A stretch of DNA of 64,000 nt from Azolla caroliniana. Its lineage: Eukaryota; Plantae; Polypodiophyta. The translations under genes were made by a program, and so were the position numbers. Where the stretch lies: positions 310,001-374,000 of the forward strand of contig JBHGNT010000025.1 of NCBI GenBank assembly GCA_043228905.1, read 5' to 3'. This document shows positions 38,701-51,800 of this stretch, piece by piece. Within the stretch, counting starts at the first letter, position 1. Every line of letters starts with the position of its first letter. The notes under the pieces were generated by a model. The model did no database searches. It was not told the DNA's origin and saw only the letters and a program-made list of their open reading frames with translations.

Positions 38701-41700
38701 TTCATACCTGGCGCGTGTGATATCGGATTTTTGTGTTCAAACATGCGAATCGAAGCTAACAATGCTAGCTATTATATGGAACTAAAAAATCAAGATTTTG
38801 AAACTCAGGTCGAGAGATATGAAGAAATTAGCAATCTTGAGGAGGGAGTTGAGAGGAGCCCTTGAGTACATTAAAATGTTCATACCTGGCGCGTGTGATA
38901 TCGGATTTTTGTGTTCAAACATGCGAATCGAAGCTCACAACGCTAGCTATGATATGGTATTAAAAAATCATGATTTTGAAATTGAGGTCGAGAGACATGA
39001 AGAAATTAGCAATCATGAGGAGGAAGTTGAAAGGAGCCCTTGAGTAAATTAAAATGTTCATACCTGGCGCGTGTGATATCGGATTTTTGTGTTCAAACAT
39101 GTGAATCCTAGCTAACAACGCTAGCTATGACATGGTATTAAGAAATCAAGATTTTGAAACTCAGGTCGAGAGATATTACGAAATTACCTACTTTGAGGAG
39201 GGAGTTGAGACGACCTAGTAGGTAAATTAAAATGTTCATACCTGGCTCGTGTGATATCGGATTTTTGTGTTCAAACATGCGAATCAAAGCTAACAACGCT
39301 AGCTATGATATGGAACTAAAAAATCAAGATTTTGAAACTCAGGTCGAGAGATATGAAGAAATTAGCAATCTTGAGGAGGGAGTTGAGAGGAGCCCTTGAG
39401 TACATTAAAATTTTCATACCTGGCTCGTGTGATATCGGATTTTTGTGTTGAAACATGCGAATCGAAGCTAACAATGCTAGCTATGACATGGTATTAAAAA
39501 ATCAAGATTTTCAAAGTCAGGTCGAGAGACATGACGAAATTACCTAATTTGAGGAGTGAGTTGAGAGGAGCCCTTGAGTACATTAAAATGTTCATACCTG
39601 GCTCGTGTGATATCGGATTTTTGTGTTCAAACATGCGAATCAAGCTAACAACGCTAGCTATTATATGGAACTAAAAAATCAAGATTTTGAAACTCAGGTC
39701 GAGAGATATGAAGAAATTAGCAATCTTGAGGAGGGAGTTGAGAGGAGCACTTGAGTATATTAAAATGTTTATACCTGGCTCGTGTGATATCGGATTTTTG
39801 TGTTCAAACATGCGAATCGAAGCTAACAACGCTAGCTATGACATGTTATTAAAAAATCAAGATTTTGAAACTCAGGTAGAGAGACATGACGAAATTACCT
39901 AATTTGAGGAGTGAGTTGAGAGGAGCCCTTGAGTACATTACAATGTTCATACCTGGCGCGTGTGATATCGGATTTTTGTGTTCAAACATGCGAATCGAAG
40001 CTAACAATGCTAGCTATTATATGGAACTAAAAAATCAAGATTTTGAAACTCAGGTCGAGAGATATGAAGAAATTAGCAATCTTGAGGAGGGAGTTGAGAG
40101 GAGCCCTTGAGTACATTAAAATGTTCATACCTGGCACGTGTGATATCGGATTTTTGTGTTCAAACATGCGAATCGAAGCTAACAATGCTAGCTATTATAT
40201 GGAACTAAAAAATCAAGATTTTGAAACTCAGGTCGAGAGATATGAAGAAATTAGCAATCTTGAGGAGGGAGTTGAGAGGAGCCCTTGAGTACATTAAAAT
40301 GTTCATACCTGGCACGTGTGATATCGGATTTTTGTGTTCAAACATGCGAATCGAAGCTAACAACGCTAGCTATGATATGGAACTAAAAAATCAAGATTTT
40401 GAAACTCAGGTCGAGAGATATGAAGAAATTAGCAATCTTGAGGAGGGAGTTGAGAGGAGCCCTTGAGTACATTAAAATTTTCATACCTGGCTCGTGTGAT
40501 ATCGGATTTTTGTGTTGAAACATGCGAATCGAAGCTAACAATGCTAGCTATGACATGGTATTAAAAAATCAAGATTTCCAAAGTCAGGTCGAGAGACATG
40601 ACGAAATTACCTAATTTGAGGAGTGAGTTGAGAGGAGCCCTTGAGTACATTAAAATGTTCATACCTGGCTCGTGTGATATCGGATTTTTGTGTTCAAACA
40701 TGCGAATCAAGCTAACAACGCTAGCTATTATATGGAACTAAAAAATCAAGATTTTGAAACTCAGGTCGAGAGATATGAAGAAATTAGCAATCTTGAGGAG
40801 GGAGTTGAGAGGAGCACTTGAGTATATTAAAATGTTTATACCTGGCTCGTGTGATATCGGATTTTTGTGTTCAAACATGCGAATCGAAGCTAACAACGCT
40901 AGCTATGACATGTTATTAAAAAATCAAGATTTTGAAACTCAGGTAGAGAGACATGACGAAATTACCTAATTTGAGGAGTGAGTTGAGAGGAGCCCTTGAG
41001 TACATTACAATGTTCATACCTGGCGCGTGTGATATCGGATTTTTGTGTTCAAACATGCGAATCGAAGCTAACAATGCTAGCTATTATATGGAACTAAAAA
41101 ATCAAGATTTTGAAACTCAGGTCGAGAGATATGAAGAAATTAGCAATCTTGAGGAGGGAGTTGAGAGGAGCCCTTGAGTACATTAAAATGTTCATACCTG
41201 GCACGTGTGATATCGGATTTTTGTGTTCAAACATGCGAATCGAAGCTAACAATGCTAGCTATTATATGGAACTAAAAAATCAAGATTTTGAAACTCAGGT
41301 CGAGAGATATGAAGAAATTAGCAATCTTGAGGAGGGAGTTGAGAGGAGCCCTTGAGTACATTAAAATGTTCATACCTGGCGCGTGTGATATCGGATTTTT
41401 GTGTTCAAACATGCGAATCGAAGCTAACAATGCTAGCTATTATATGGAACTAAAAAATCAAGATTTTGAAACTCAGGTCGAGAGATATGAAGAAATTAGC
41501 AATCTTGAGGAGGGAGTTGAGAGGAGCCCTTGAGTACATTAAAATGTTCATACCTGGCGCGTGTGATATCGGATTTTTGTGTTCAAACATGCGAATCGAA
41601 GCTCACAACGCTAGCTATGATATGGTATTAAAAAATCATGATTTTGAAATTGAGGTCGAGAGACATGAAGAAATTAGCAATCATGAGGAGGAAGTTGAAA

Positions 41701-44700
41701 GGAGCCCTTGAGTAAATTAAAATGTTCATACCTGGCGCGTGTGATATCGGATTTTTGTGTTCAAACATGTGAATCCTAGCTAACAACGCTAGCTATGACA
41801 TGGTATTAAGAAATCAAGATTTTGAAACTCAGGTCGAGAGATATTACGAAATTACCTACTTTGAGGAGGGAGTTGAGACGACCTAGTAGGTAAATTAAAA
41901 TGTTCATACCTGGCTCGTGTGATATCGGATTTTTGTGTTCAAACATGCGAATCAAAGCTAACAACGCTAGCTATGATATGGAACTAAAAAATCAAGATTT
42001 TGAAACTCAGGTCGAGAGATATGAAGAAATTAGCAATCTTGAGGAGGGAGTTGAGAGGAGCCCTTGAGTACATTAAAATTTTCATACCTGGCTCGTGTGA
42101 TATCGGATTTTTGTGTTGAAACATGCGAATCGAAGCTAACAATGCTAGCTATGACATGGTATTAAAAAATCAAGATTTTCAAAGTCAGGTCGAGAGACAT
42201 GACGAAATTACCTAATTTGAGGAGTGAGTTGAGAGGAGCCCTTGAGTACATTAAAATGTTCATACCTGGCTCGTGTGATATCGGATTTTTGTGTTCAAAC
42301 ATGCGAATCAAGCTAACAACGCTAGCTATTATATGGAACTAAAAAATCAAGATTTTGAAACTCAGGTCGAGAGATATGAAGAAATTAGCAATCTTGAGGA
42401 GGGAGTTGAGAGGAGCACTTGAGTATATTAAAATGTTTATACCTGGCTCGTGTGATATCGGATTTTTGTGTTCAAACATGCGAATCGAAGCTAACAACGC
42501 TAGCTATGACATGTTATTAAAAAATCAAGATTTTGAAACTCAGGTAGAGAGACATGACGAAATTACCTAATTTGAGGAGTGAGTTGAGAGGAGCCCTTGA
42601 GTACATTACAATGTTCATACCTGGCGCGTGTGATATCGGATTTTTGTGTTCAAACATGCGAATCGAAGCTAACAATGCTAGCTATTATATGGAACTAAAA
42701 AATCAAGATTTTGAAACTCAGGTCGAGAGATATGAAGAAATTAGCAATCTTGAGGAGGGAGTTGAGAGGAGCCCTTGAGTACATTAAAATGTTCATACCT
42801 GGCACGTGTGATATCGGATTTTTGTGTTCAAACATGCGAATCGAAGCTAACAATGCTAGCTATTATATGGAACTAAAAAATCAAGATTTTGAAACTCAGG
42901 TCGAGAGATATGAAGAAATTAGCAATCTTGAGGAGGGAGTTGAGAGGAGCCCTTGAGTACATTAAAATGTTCATACCTGGCGCGTGTGATATCGGATTTT
43001 TGTGTTCAAACATGCGAATCGAAGCTAACAATGCTAGCTATTATATGGAACTAAAAAATCAAGATTTTGAAACTCAGGTCGAGAGATATGAAGAAATTAG
43101 CAATCTTGAGGAGGGAGTTGAGAGGAGCCCTTGAGTACATTAAAATGTTCATACCTGGCGCGTGTGATATCGGATTTTTGTGTTCAAACATGCGAATCGA
43201 AGCTCACAACGCTAGCTATGATATGGTATTAAAAAATCATGATTTTGAAATTGAGGTCGAGAGACATGAAGAAATTAGCAATCATGAGGAGGAAGTTGAA
43301 AGGAGCCCTTGAGTAAATTAAAATGTTCATACCTGGCGCGTGTGATATCGGATTTTTGTGTTCAAACATGTGAATCCTAGCTAACAACGCTAGCTATGAC
43401 ATGGTATTAAGAAATCAAGATTTTGAAACTCAGGTCGAGAGATATTACGAAATTACCTACTTTGAGGAGGGAGTTGAGACGACCTAGTAGGTAAATTAAA
43501 ATGTTCATACCTGGCTCGTGTGATATCGGATTTTTGTGTTCAAACATGCGAATCAAAGCTAACAACGCTAGCTATGATATGGAACTAAAAAATCAAGATT
43601 TTGAAACTCAGGTCGAGAGATATGAAGAAATTAGCAATCTTGAGGAGGGAGTTGAGAGGAGCCCTTGAGTACATTAAAATTTTCATACCTGGCTCGTGTG
43701 ATATCGGATTTTTGTGTTGAAACATGCGAATCGAAGCTAACAATGCTAGCTATGACATGGTATTAAAAAATCAAGATTTTCAAAGTCAGGTCGAGAGACA
43801 TGACGAAATTACCTAATTTGAGGAGTGAGTTGAGAGGAGCCCTTGAGTACATTAAAATGTTCATACCTGGCTCGTGTGATATCGGATTTTTGTGTTCAAA
43901 CATGCGAATCAAGCTAACAACGCTAGCTATTATATGGAACTAAAAAATCAAGATTTTGAAACTCAGGTCGAGAGATATGAAGAAATTAGCAATCTTGAGG
44001 AGGGAGTTGAGAGGAGCACTTGAGTATATTAAAATGTATATACCTGGCTCGTGTGATATCGGATTTTTGTGTTCAAACATGCGAATCGAAGCTAACAACG
44101 CTAGCTATGACATGTTATTAAAAAATCAAGATTTTGAAACTCAGGTAGAGAGACATGACGAAATTACCTAATTTGAGGAGTGAGTTGAGAGGAGCCCTTG
44201 AGTACATTACAATGTTCATACCTGGCGCGTGTGATATCGGATTTTTGTGTTCAAACATGCGAATCGAAGCTAACAATGCTAGCTATTATATGGAACTAAA
44301 AAATCAAGATTTTGAAACTCAGGTCGAGAGATATGAAGAAATTAGCAATCTTGAGGAGGGAGTTGAGAGGAGCCCTTGAGTACATTAAAATGTTCATACC
44401 TGGCACGTGTGATATCGGATTTTTGTGTTCAAACATGCGAATCGAAGCTAACAATGCTAGCTATTATATGGAACTAAAAAATCAAGATTTTGAAACTCAG
44501 GTCGAGAGATATGAAGAAATTAGCAATCTTGAGGAGGGAGTTGAGAGGAGCCCTTGAGTACATTAAAATGTTCATACCTGGCACGTGTGATATCGGATTT
44601 TTGTGTTCAAACATGCGAATCGAAGCTAACAACGCTAGCTATGATATGGAACTAAAAAATCAAGATTTTGAAACTCAGGTCGAGAGATATGAAGAAATTA

Positions 44701-45800
44701 GCAATCTTGAGGAGGGAGTTGAGAGGAGCCCTTGAGTACATTAAAATTTTCATACCTGGCTCGTGTGATATCGGATTTTTGTGTTGAAACATGCGAATCG
44801 AAGCTAACAATGCTAGCTATGACATGGTATTAAAAAATCAAGATTTTCAAAGTCAGGTCGAGAGACATGACGAAATTACCTAATTTGAGGAGTGAGTTGA
44901 GAGGAGCCCTTGAGTACATTAAAATGTTCATACCTGGCTCGTGTGATATCGGATTTTTGTGTTCAAACATGCGAATCAAGCTAACAACGCTAGCTATTAT
45001 ATGGAACTAAAAAATCAAGATTTTGAAACTCAGGTCGAGAGATATGAAGAAATTAGCAATCTTGAGGAGGGAGTTGAGAGGAGCACTTGAGTATATTAAA
45101 ATGTTTATACCTGGCTCGTGTGATATCGGATTTTTGTGTTCAAACATGCGAATCGAAGCTAACAACGCTAGCTATGACATGTTATTAAAAAATCAAGATT
45201 TTGAAACTCAGGTAGAGAGACATGACGAAATTACCTAATTTGAGGAGTGAGTTGAGAGGAGCCCTTGAGTACATTACAATGTTCATACCTGGCGCGTGTG
45301 ATATCGGATTTTTGTGTTCAAACATGCGAATCGAAGCTAACAATGCTAGCTATTATATGGAACTAAAAAATCAAGATTTTGAAACTCAGGTCGAGAGATA
45401 TGAAGAAATTAGCAATCTTGAGGAGGGAGTTGAGAGGAGCCCTTGAGTACATTAAAATGTTCATACCTGGCACGTGTGATATCGGATTTTTGTGTTCAAA
45501 CATGCGAATCGAAGCTAACAATGCTAGCTATTATATGGAACTAAAAAATCAAGATTTTGAAACTCAGGTCGAGAGATATGAAGAAATTAGCAATCTTGAG
45601 GAGGGAGTTGAGAGGAGCCCTTGAGTACATTAAAATGTTCATACCTGGCGCGTGTGATATCGGATTTTTGTGTTCAAACATGCGAATCGAAGCTAACAAT
45701 GCTAGCTATTATATGGAACTAAAAAATCAAGATTTTGAAACTCAGGTCGAGAGATATGAAGAAATTAGCAATCTTGAGGAGGGAGTTGAGAGGAGCCCTT
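35770..45800. repeat. Nested HOR: 4269-bp 24-mer made of 1601+1601+1067-bp subunits, ~2.3 copies
   Basis: The GAGCACTTGAG-marked monomer occurs at 36485, 38086, 39687, 40754, 42355, 43956 and 45023 (spacings 1601, 1601, 1067, 1601, 1601, 1067). The paired GGCACGTG monomers occur at 35774, 40043 and 44312 (+4269). Confidence 0.93.
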
Positions 45801-48800
45801 GAGTACATTAAAATGTTCATACCTGGCACGTGTGATATCGGATTTTTGTGTTCAAACATGCGAATCGAAGCTAACAATGCTAGCTATTATATGGAACTAA
45901 AAAATCAAGATTTTGAAACTCAGGTCGAGAGATATGAAGAAATTAGCAATCTTGAGGAGGGAGTTGAGAGGAGCCCTTGAGTACATTAAAATGTTCATAC
46001 CTGGCGCGTGTGATATCGGATTTTTGTGTTCAAACATGCGAATCGAAGCTAACAACACTAGCTATTCTATGGAACTAAAAAATCAAGATTTTGAAACTCA
46101 GGTCGAGAGATATGAAGAAATTAGCAATCTTGAGGAGGGAGTTGAGAGGAGCCCTTGAGTATATTAAAATGTTTATACCTGGCTCGTGTGATATCGGATT
46201 TTTGTGTTCAAACATGCGAATCGAAGCTAACAACGCTAGCTATGACATGGTATTAAAAAATCAAGAGTTTGAAACTCAGGTGGAGAGACATGACGAAATT
46301 ACCTAATTTGAGGAGTGAGTTGAGAGGAGCCCTTGAGTACATTAAAATGTTCATACCTGGCTCGTGTGATATCAGATTTTTGTGTTCAAACATGCGAATC
46401 GAAGCTAACAATGCTAGCTATTATATGGAACTAAAAAATCAAGATTTTGAAACTCAGGTCGAGAGATATGAAGAAATTAGCAATCTTGAGGAGGGAGTTG
46501 AGAGGAGCCCTTGAGTACATTAAAATGTTCATACCTGGCACGTGTGATATCGGATTTTTGTGTTCAAACATGCGAATCGAAGCTCAGGTCGACAGATATG
46601 AAGAAATTAGCAATCTTGAGGAGGGAGTTGAAAAAATCAAGAGTTTGAAACTCAGGTGGAGAGACATGACGAAATTACCTAATTTGAGGAGTGAGTTGAG
46701 AGGAGCCCTTGAGTACATTAAAATGTTCATACCTGGCGCGTGTGATATCGGATTTTTGTGTTCAAACATGCGAATCAAAGCTAACAACGCTAGCTATGAT
46801 ATGGTATTAAAAAATCATGATTTTGAAATTGAGGTCGAGAGACATGAAGAAATTAGCAATCATGAGGAGGAAGTTGAAAGGAGCCCTTGAGTAAATTAAA
46901 ATGTTCATACCTGGCGCGTGTGATATCGGATTTTTGTGTTCAAACATGCGAATCGAAGCTCACAACGCTAGCTATGATATGGTATTAAAAAATCATGATT
47001 TTGAAATTGAGGTCGAGAGACATGAAGAAATTAGCAATCATGAGGAGGAAGTTGAAAGGAGCCCTTGAGTAAATTAAAATGTTCATACCTGGCGCGTGTG
47101 ATATCGGATTTTTGTGTTCAAACATGTGAATCCTAGCTAACAACGCTAGCTATGACATGGTATTAAGAAATCAAGATTTTGAAACTCAGGTCGAGAGATA
47201 TTACGAAATTACCTACTTTGAGGAGGGAGTTGAGACGACCTAGTAGGTAAATTTAAATGTTCATACCTGGCTCGTGTGATATCGGATTTTTGTGTTCAAA
47301 CATGCGAATCAAAGCTAACAACGCTAGCTATGATATGGAACTAAAAAATCAAGATTTTGAAACTCAGGTCGAGAGATATGAAGAAATTAGCAATCTTGAG
47401 GAGGGAGTTGAGAGGAGCCCTTGAGTACATTAAAATTTTCATACCTGGCTCGTGTGATATCGGATTTTTGTGTTGAAACATGCGAATCGAAGCTAACAAT
47501 GCTAGCTATGACATGGTATTAAAAAATCAAGATTTTCAAAGTCAAGTCGAGAGACATGACGAAATTACCTAATTTGAGGAGTGAGTTGAGACGACCTAGT
47601 AGGTAAATTAAAATGTTCATACCTGGCTCGTGTGATATCGGATTTTTGTGTTCAAACATGCGAATCAAGCTAACAACGCTAGCTATTATATGGAACTAAA
47701 AAATCAAGATTTTGAAACTCAGGTCGAGAGATATGAAGAAATTAGCAATCTTGAGGAGGGAGTTGAGAGGAGCACTTGAGTATATTAAAATGTTTATACC
47801 TGGCTCGTGTGATATCGGATTTTTGTGTTCAAACATGCGAATCGAAGCTAACAACGCTAGCTATGACATGTTATTAAAAAATCAAGATTTTGAAACTCAG
47901 GTAGAGAGACATGACGAAATTACCTAATTTGAGGAGTGAGTTGAGAGGAGCCCTTGAGTACATTACAATGTTCATACCTGGCGCGTGTGATATCGGATTT
48001 TTGTGTTCAAACATGCGAATCGAAGCTAACAATGCTAGCTATTATATGGAACTAAAAAATCAAGATTTTGAAACTCAGGTCGAGAGATATGAAGAAATTA
48101 GCAATCTTGAGGAGGGAGTTGAGAGGAGCCCTTGAGTAAATTAAAATGTTCATACCTGGCACGTGTGATATCGGATTTTTGTGTTCAAACATGCGAATCG
48201 AAGCTAACAATGCTAGCTATTATATGGAACTAAAAAATCAAGATTTTGAAACTCAGGTCGAGAGATATGAAGAAATTAGCAATCTTGAGGAGGGAGTTGA
48301 GAGGAGCCCTTGAGTACATTAAAATGTTCATACCTGGCGCGTGTGATATCGGATTTTTGTGTTCAAACATGCGAATCGAAGCTAACAACACTAGCTATTC
48401 TATGGAACTAAAAAATCAAGATTTTGAAACTCAGGTCAAGAGATATGAAGAAATTAGCAATCTTGAGGAGGGAGTTGAGAGGAGCCCTTGAGTATATTAA
48501 AATGTTTATACCTGGCTCGTGTGATATCGGATTTTTGTGTTCAAACATGCGAATCGAAGCTAACAACGCTAGCTATGACATGGTATTAAAAAATCAAGAG
48601 TTTGAAACTCAGGTGGAGAGACATGACGAAATTACCTAATTTGAGGAGTGAGTTGAGAGGAGCCCTTGAGTACATTAAAATGTTCATACCTGGCTCGTGT
48701 GATATCAGATTTTTGTGTTCAAACATGCGAATCGAAGCTAACAATGCTAGCTATTATATGGAACTAAAAAATCAAGATTTTGAAACTCAGGTCGAGAGAT

Positions 48801-51800
48801 ATGAAGAAATTAGCAATCTTGAGGAGGGAGTTGAGAGGAGCCCTTGAGTACATTAAAATGTTCATACCTGGCACGTGTGATATCGGATTTTTGTGTTCAA
48901 ACATGCGAATCGAAGCTAACAACGCTAGCTATGACATGGTATTAAAAAATCAAGAGTTTGAAACTCAGGTGGAGAGACATGACGAAATTACCTAATTTGA
49001 GGAGTGAGTTGAGAGGAGCCCTTGAGTACATTAAAATGTTCATACCTGGCTCGTGTGATATCGGATTTTTGTGTTCAAACATGCGAATCGAAGCTAACAA
49101 TGCTAGCTATTATATGGAACTAAAAAATCAAGATTTTGAAACTCAGGTCGAGAGATATGAAGAAATTAGCAATCTTGAGGAGGGAGTTGAGAGGAGCCCT
49201 TCAGTACATTAAAATGTTCATACCTGGCGCGTGTGATATCGGATTTTTGTGTTCAAACATGCGAATCGAAGCTAACAATGCTAGCTATTCTATGGAACTA
49301 AAAAATCAAGATTTTGAAACTCAGGTCGAGAGATATGAAGAAATTAGCAATCTTGAGGAGGGAGTTGAGAGGAGCCCTTGAGTACATTAAAATGTTCATA
49401 CCTGGCGCGTGTGATATCGGATTTTTGTGTTCAAACATGCGAATCGAAGCTAACAATGCTAGCTATTATATGGAACTAAAAAATCAAGATTTTGAAACTC
49501 AGGTCGAGAGATATGAAGAAATTAGCAATCTTGAGGAGGGAGTTGAGAGGAGCCCTTGAGTACATTAAAATGTTCATACCTGGCGCGTGTGATATCGGAT
49601 TTTTGTGTTCAAACATGCGAATCGAAGCTAACAACACTTGCTATTCTATGGAACTAAAAAATCAAGATTTTGAAATTCAGGTCGAGAGATATGAAGAAAT
49701 TAGCAATCTTGAGGAGGGAGTTGAGAGGAGCCCTTGAGTAAATTAAAATGTTCATACGTGGCTCGTGTGATATCGGATTTTTGTGTTCAAACATGCGAAT
49801 CGAAGCTCACAACGCTAGCTATGATATGGTATTAAAAAATCATGATTTTGAAATTGAGGTCGAGAGACATGAAGAAATTAGCAATCTTGAGGAGGAAGTT
49901 GAAAGGAGCCCTTGAGTACATTAAAATGTTCATACCTGGCGCGTGTGATATCGGATTTTTGTGTTCAAACATGCGAATCGAAGCTAACAACGCTAGCTAT
50001 GACATGGTATTAAAAAATCAAGAGTTTGAAACTCAGGTGGAGAGACATGACGAAATTACCTAATTTGAGGAGTGAGTTGAGAGGAGCCCTTGAGTACATT
50101 AAAATGTTCATACCTGGCTCGTGTGATATCGGATTTTTGTGTTCAAACATGCGAATCGAAGCTAACAATGCTAGCTATTATATGGAACTAAAAAATCAAG
50201 ATTTTGAAACTCAGGTCGAGAGATATGAAGAAATTAGCAATCTTGAGGAGGGAGTTGAGAGGAGCCCTTCAGTACATTAAAATGTTCATACCTGGCGCGT
50301 GTGATATCGGATTTTTGTGTTCAAACATGCGAATCGAAGCTAACAATGCTAGCTATTCTATGGAACTAAAAAATCAAGATTTTGAAACTCAGGTCGAGAG
50401 ATATGAAGAAATTAGCAATCTTGAGGAGGGAGTTGAGAGGAGCCCTTGAGTACATTAAAATGTTCATACCTGGCGCGTGTGATATCGGATTTTTGTGTTC
50501 AAACATGCGAATCGAAGCTAACAATGCTAGCTATTATATGGAACTAAAAAATCAAGATTTTGAAACTCAGGTCGAGAGATATGAAGAAATTAGCAATCTT
50601 GAGGAGGGAGTTGAGAGGAGCCCTTGAGTACATTAAAATGTTCATACCTGGCGCGTGTGATATCGGATTTTTGTGTTCAAACATGCGAATCGAAGCTAAC
50701 AACACTTGCTATTCTATGGAACTAAAAAATCAAGATTTTGAAATTCAGGTCGAGAGATATGAAGAAATTAGCAATCTTGAGGAGGGAGTTGAGAGGAGCC
50801 CTTGAGTAAATTAAAATGTTCATACGTGGCTCGTGTGATATCGGATTTTTGTGTTCAAACATGCGAATCGAAGCTCACAACGCTAGCTATGATATGGTAT
50901 TAAAAAATCATGATTTTGAAATTGAGGTCGAGAGACATGAAGAAATTAGCAATCATGAGGAGGAAGTTGAAAGGAGCCCTTGAGTAAATTAAAATGTTCA
51001 TACCTGGCGCGTGTGATATCGGATTTTTGTGTTCAAACATGTGAATCCTAGCTAACAACGCTAGCTATGACATGGTATTAAGAAATCAAGATTTTGAAAC
51101 TCAGGTCGAGAGATATTACGAAATTACCTACTTTGAGGAGGGAGTTGAGACGACCTAGTAGGTAAATTTAAATGTTCATACCTGGCTCGTGTGATATCGG
51201 ATTTTTGTGTTCAAACATGCGAATCAAAGCTAACAACGCTAGCTATGATATGGAACTAAAAAATCAAGATTTTGAAACTCAGGTCGAGAGATATGAAGAA
51301 ATTAGCAATCTTGAGGAGGGAGTTGAGAGGAGCCCTTGAGTACATTAAAATGTTCATACCTGGCGCGTGTGATATCGGATTTTTGTGTTCAAACATGCGA
51401 ATCGAAGCTAACAATGCTAGCTATTATATGGAACTAAAAAATCAAGATTTTGAAACTCAGGTCGAGAGATATGAAGAAATTAGCAATCTTGAGGAGGGAG
51501 TTGAGAGGAGCCCTTGAGTACATTAAAATGTTCATACCTGGCACGTGTGATATCGGATTTTTGTGTTCAAACATGCGAATCGAAGCTAACAATGCTAGCT
51601 ATTATATGGAACTAAAAAATCAAGATTTTGAAACTCAGGTCGAGAGATATGAAGAAATTAGCAATCTTGAGGAGGGAGTTGAGAGGAGCCCTTGAGTACA
51701 TTAAAATGTTCATACCTGGCGCGTGTGATATCGGATTTTTGTGTTCAAACATGCGAATCGAAGCTAACAACACTAGCTATTCTATGGAACTAAAAAATCA

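Noticed and set aside
46447-46890. Longer 147-aa ORF (also at 52162 and 61257) and minus-strand ORFs at junctions
   Set aside because: These arise because deletion junctions remove stop codons or fuse frames. They consist entirely of satellite sequence.
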